Assembly: GCA_023705945.1 (NCBI GenBank)
Contig: BPTM01000158.1
Location: forward strand, 1-45,330
Length of the DNA stretch: 45,330 nucleotides
Reading direction: 5' to 3'
DNA from: Candidatus Heimdallarchaeota archaeon
GTDB lineage: Archaea; Asgardarchaeota; Heimdallarchaeia; Heimdallarchaeales; Heimdallarchaeaceae
This document shows positions 44,111 through 45,330 of this stretch, in pieces. The translations under genes and the position numbers were made by a program. The notes under the pieces were generated by a model. The model ran no database searches and was not told the DNA's origin. It saw only the letters and a list, made by a program, of their open reading frames with translations. Position 1 is the stretch's first letter; each line of letters starts with the position of its first letter.

Positions 44111-45330
44111 TTACACTTTCTGTTCTGTCAGTTTCCATAGAATTCTCTTTGGTGTATCCTCTAGAGTTATCCCCGCTTTCTTTAGCTCATCTCTGATTTT
44201 ATCACTCATTTCCCAGTTTTTCTCACTTCGGAAGTTTTGACGGAGTTCTATTAACAAGTCAACTAGAGTACCAATAGTACTAGTTGATTCATCTTCCTCA
44301 ATGTCCTCGAAAATACCAAGAACAGAACGGATTTCGTCAAAAAATTTGTCGATGGCATGGATGACTTCTAATTTTACTTCATCAAATTTACGGATGTAGT
44401 CATTTACTTCCTTTGTAAGATTGAAAATGACTGCAAAGGCATTAGAGGTGTTGAAATCTTCATCCATAGCTTCAATAAAATCTACTCGTGATTGCTCAAC
44501 AGTTTTTAGCATCGCATTATCCATTTCTACTAATGAACTGTCAGTACCTTCTTTCTTTGAAAACCATTTTGCCAAAAGGAAAATCTCAAACAGTTTGTTT
44601 GCAGTAGCTTGGGCTTGATCAATGATGTCTTCTGTAAAATCAATAGGGCTGCGATAATGGGTTTGTGCGATGAAGATACGAACAGCATCTGCAGAATAGA
44701 GTTTAAGTAAATCAACTATGTTGGTGAAATTCCCAAGAGATTTACTCATTTTTTCTTTGTTTATGTTGATGTAACCATTATGCATCCAAAACTTTGCAAA
44801 GGTTTTACCAGTAAGAGCTTCCGATTGTGCTATTTCATTTTCGTGATGAGGAAAGATAAGATCTTGACCCCCACTGTGGATATCTATAGTATCTCCTAAG
44901 TACATCATGGACATTTGTGAGCATTCGAGGCTCCAGCCAACCCTTCCCTCTCCCCATGGTGATGGCCAATATGGTTCCCCTGGCTTCTTAGCCTTCCATA
45001 GTGCAAAATCTGCTGCAAACCTTTTTTTTGGATTTTCTGTGTCTCCTGTTCCTTCTTTAAGGATATTCTCTATTTTTTGATTGGATAGTTTTCCGTATTC
45101 TTCGAATTTCCTAACATCATAGTATACATCTCCCTTGCTTTCGTAAGCATACCCCTTCTCTTCTAATTTTTGGATGAATTCTATCATTTGATTGATGTGT
45201 AACATAGCTCTTGGATTAATTGTAGCCTCTTTTAGATTCAATGCACTCATATCTCTTCTGAATCCTCTTAGATACTCTTCCGCTACTTCTAACACAGACC
45301 TTTTTTCATTTGTTGCTACTTCTATCATTC
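44111..45330 (-). CDS. cysS: Cysteinyl-tRNA synthetase, 5'-truncated by the window edge
   Basis: DIHSGGQDLIFPHHENEIAQSEA and KMSKSLGN (KMSKS) are present. The N-terminal HIGH region is absent and the frame stays open to the window end, so the gene continues beyond 45330. Confidence 0.9.
   Translation of the reverse strand, partial: MIEVATNEKRSVLEVAEEYLRGFRRDMSALNLKEATINPRAMLHINQMIEFIQKLEEKGYAYESKGDVYYDVRKFEEYGKLSNQKIENILKEGTGDTENPKKRFAADFALWKAKKPGEPYWPSPWGEGRVGWSLECSQMSMMYLGDTIDIHSGGQDLIFPHHENEIAQSEALTGKTFAKFWMHNGYININKEKMSKSLGNFTNIVDLLKLYSADAVRIFIAQTHYRSPIDFTEDIIDQAQATANKLFEIFLLAKWFSKKEGTDSSLVEMDNAMLKTVEQSRVDFIEAMDEDFNTSNAFAVIFNLTKEVNDYIRKFDEVKLEVIHAIDKFFDEIRSVLGIFEDIEEDESTSTIGTLVDLLIELRQNFRSEKNWEMSDKIRDELKKAGITLEDTPKRILWKLTEQKV

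Overview
This is an AT-rich chromosomal segment, roughly one-third G+C by eye, that reads as archaeal. The evidence is a DTD2-type D-aminoacyl-tRNA deacylase, an archaeal-type tRNA-Glu, three intron-containing tRNA genes and oligo-T tracts after genes. A Lokiarchaeia/Asgard-like origin is my guess only. I support about 40 protein genes, 4 tRNA genes, one clear pseudogene and one gene remnant. I found no rRNA, CRISPR array, transposase or integrase.

The coding content is mostly housekeeping and metabolic. It includes Cys-type formate dehydrogenase alpha with a MobA-like gene, ornithine carbamoyltransferase, an M20 dipeptidase, two SDRs, an aldo/keto reductase, a hydantoinase/oxoprolinase A+B pair, a crotonase, Tag glycosylase and partial CysRS. 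It also includes two MFS-type transporters and three regulators (ArsR-like, DtxR-like and a RAM-only Lrp protein). There is a large set of secreted or membrane-anchored surface proteins: Ig-like, metzincin, beta-helix with TSP3 repeats, LVIVD propeller and others.

The observations most worth a second look are:
- tRNA-Pro(UGG) and tRNA-Phe(GAA), 29 kb apart on opposite strands, carry clearly homologous 32-nt introns at a non-canonical site inside the T-loop. tRNA-Glu has an anticodon-loop intron.
- A stray copy of the tRNA-Pro 3' exon and a GC-elevated, ORF-free segment (candidate structured RNA) lie just downstream of tRNA-Pro.
- A bacterial-type PlsY sits in an archaeal context.
- A three-gene block encodes a possible longin-like protein, a large membrane protein and an extremely acidic protein. 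The latter two share Glu-Pro repeats.
- A ~1.6 kb duplication (SDR 3' end plus M20 peptidase) has decayed reciprocally and brackets the beta-helix/TSP3 surface-protein gene.
- Eight copies of TGAGAA/TTCTCA lie in 111 bp between an ArsR-like regulator and an MFS transporter.
- A DRG/TGS-type GTPase has degenerate G3 and G4 motifs.
- Three surface proteins share a C-terminal tripartite anchor.

All calls come from hand reading of the sequence and the ORF track. No database search was run.
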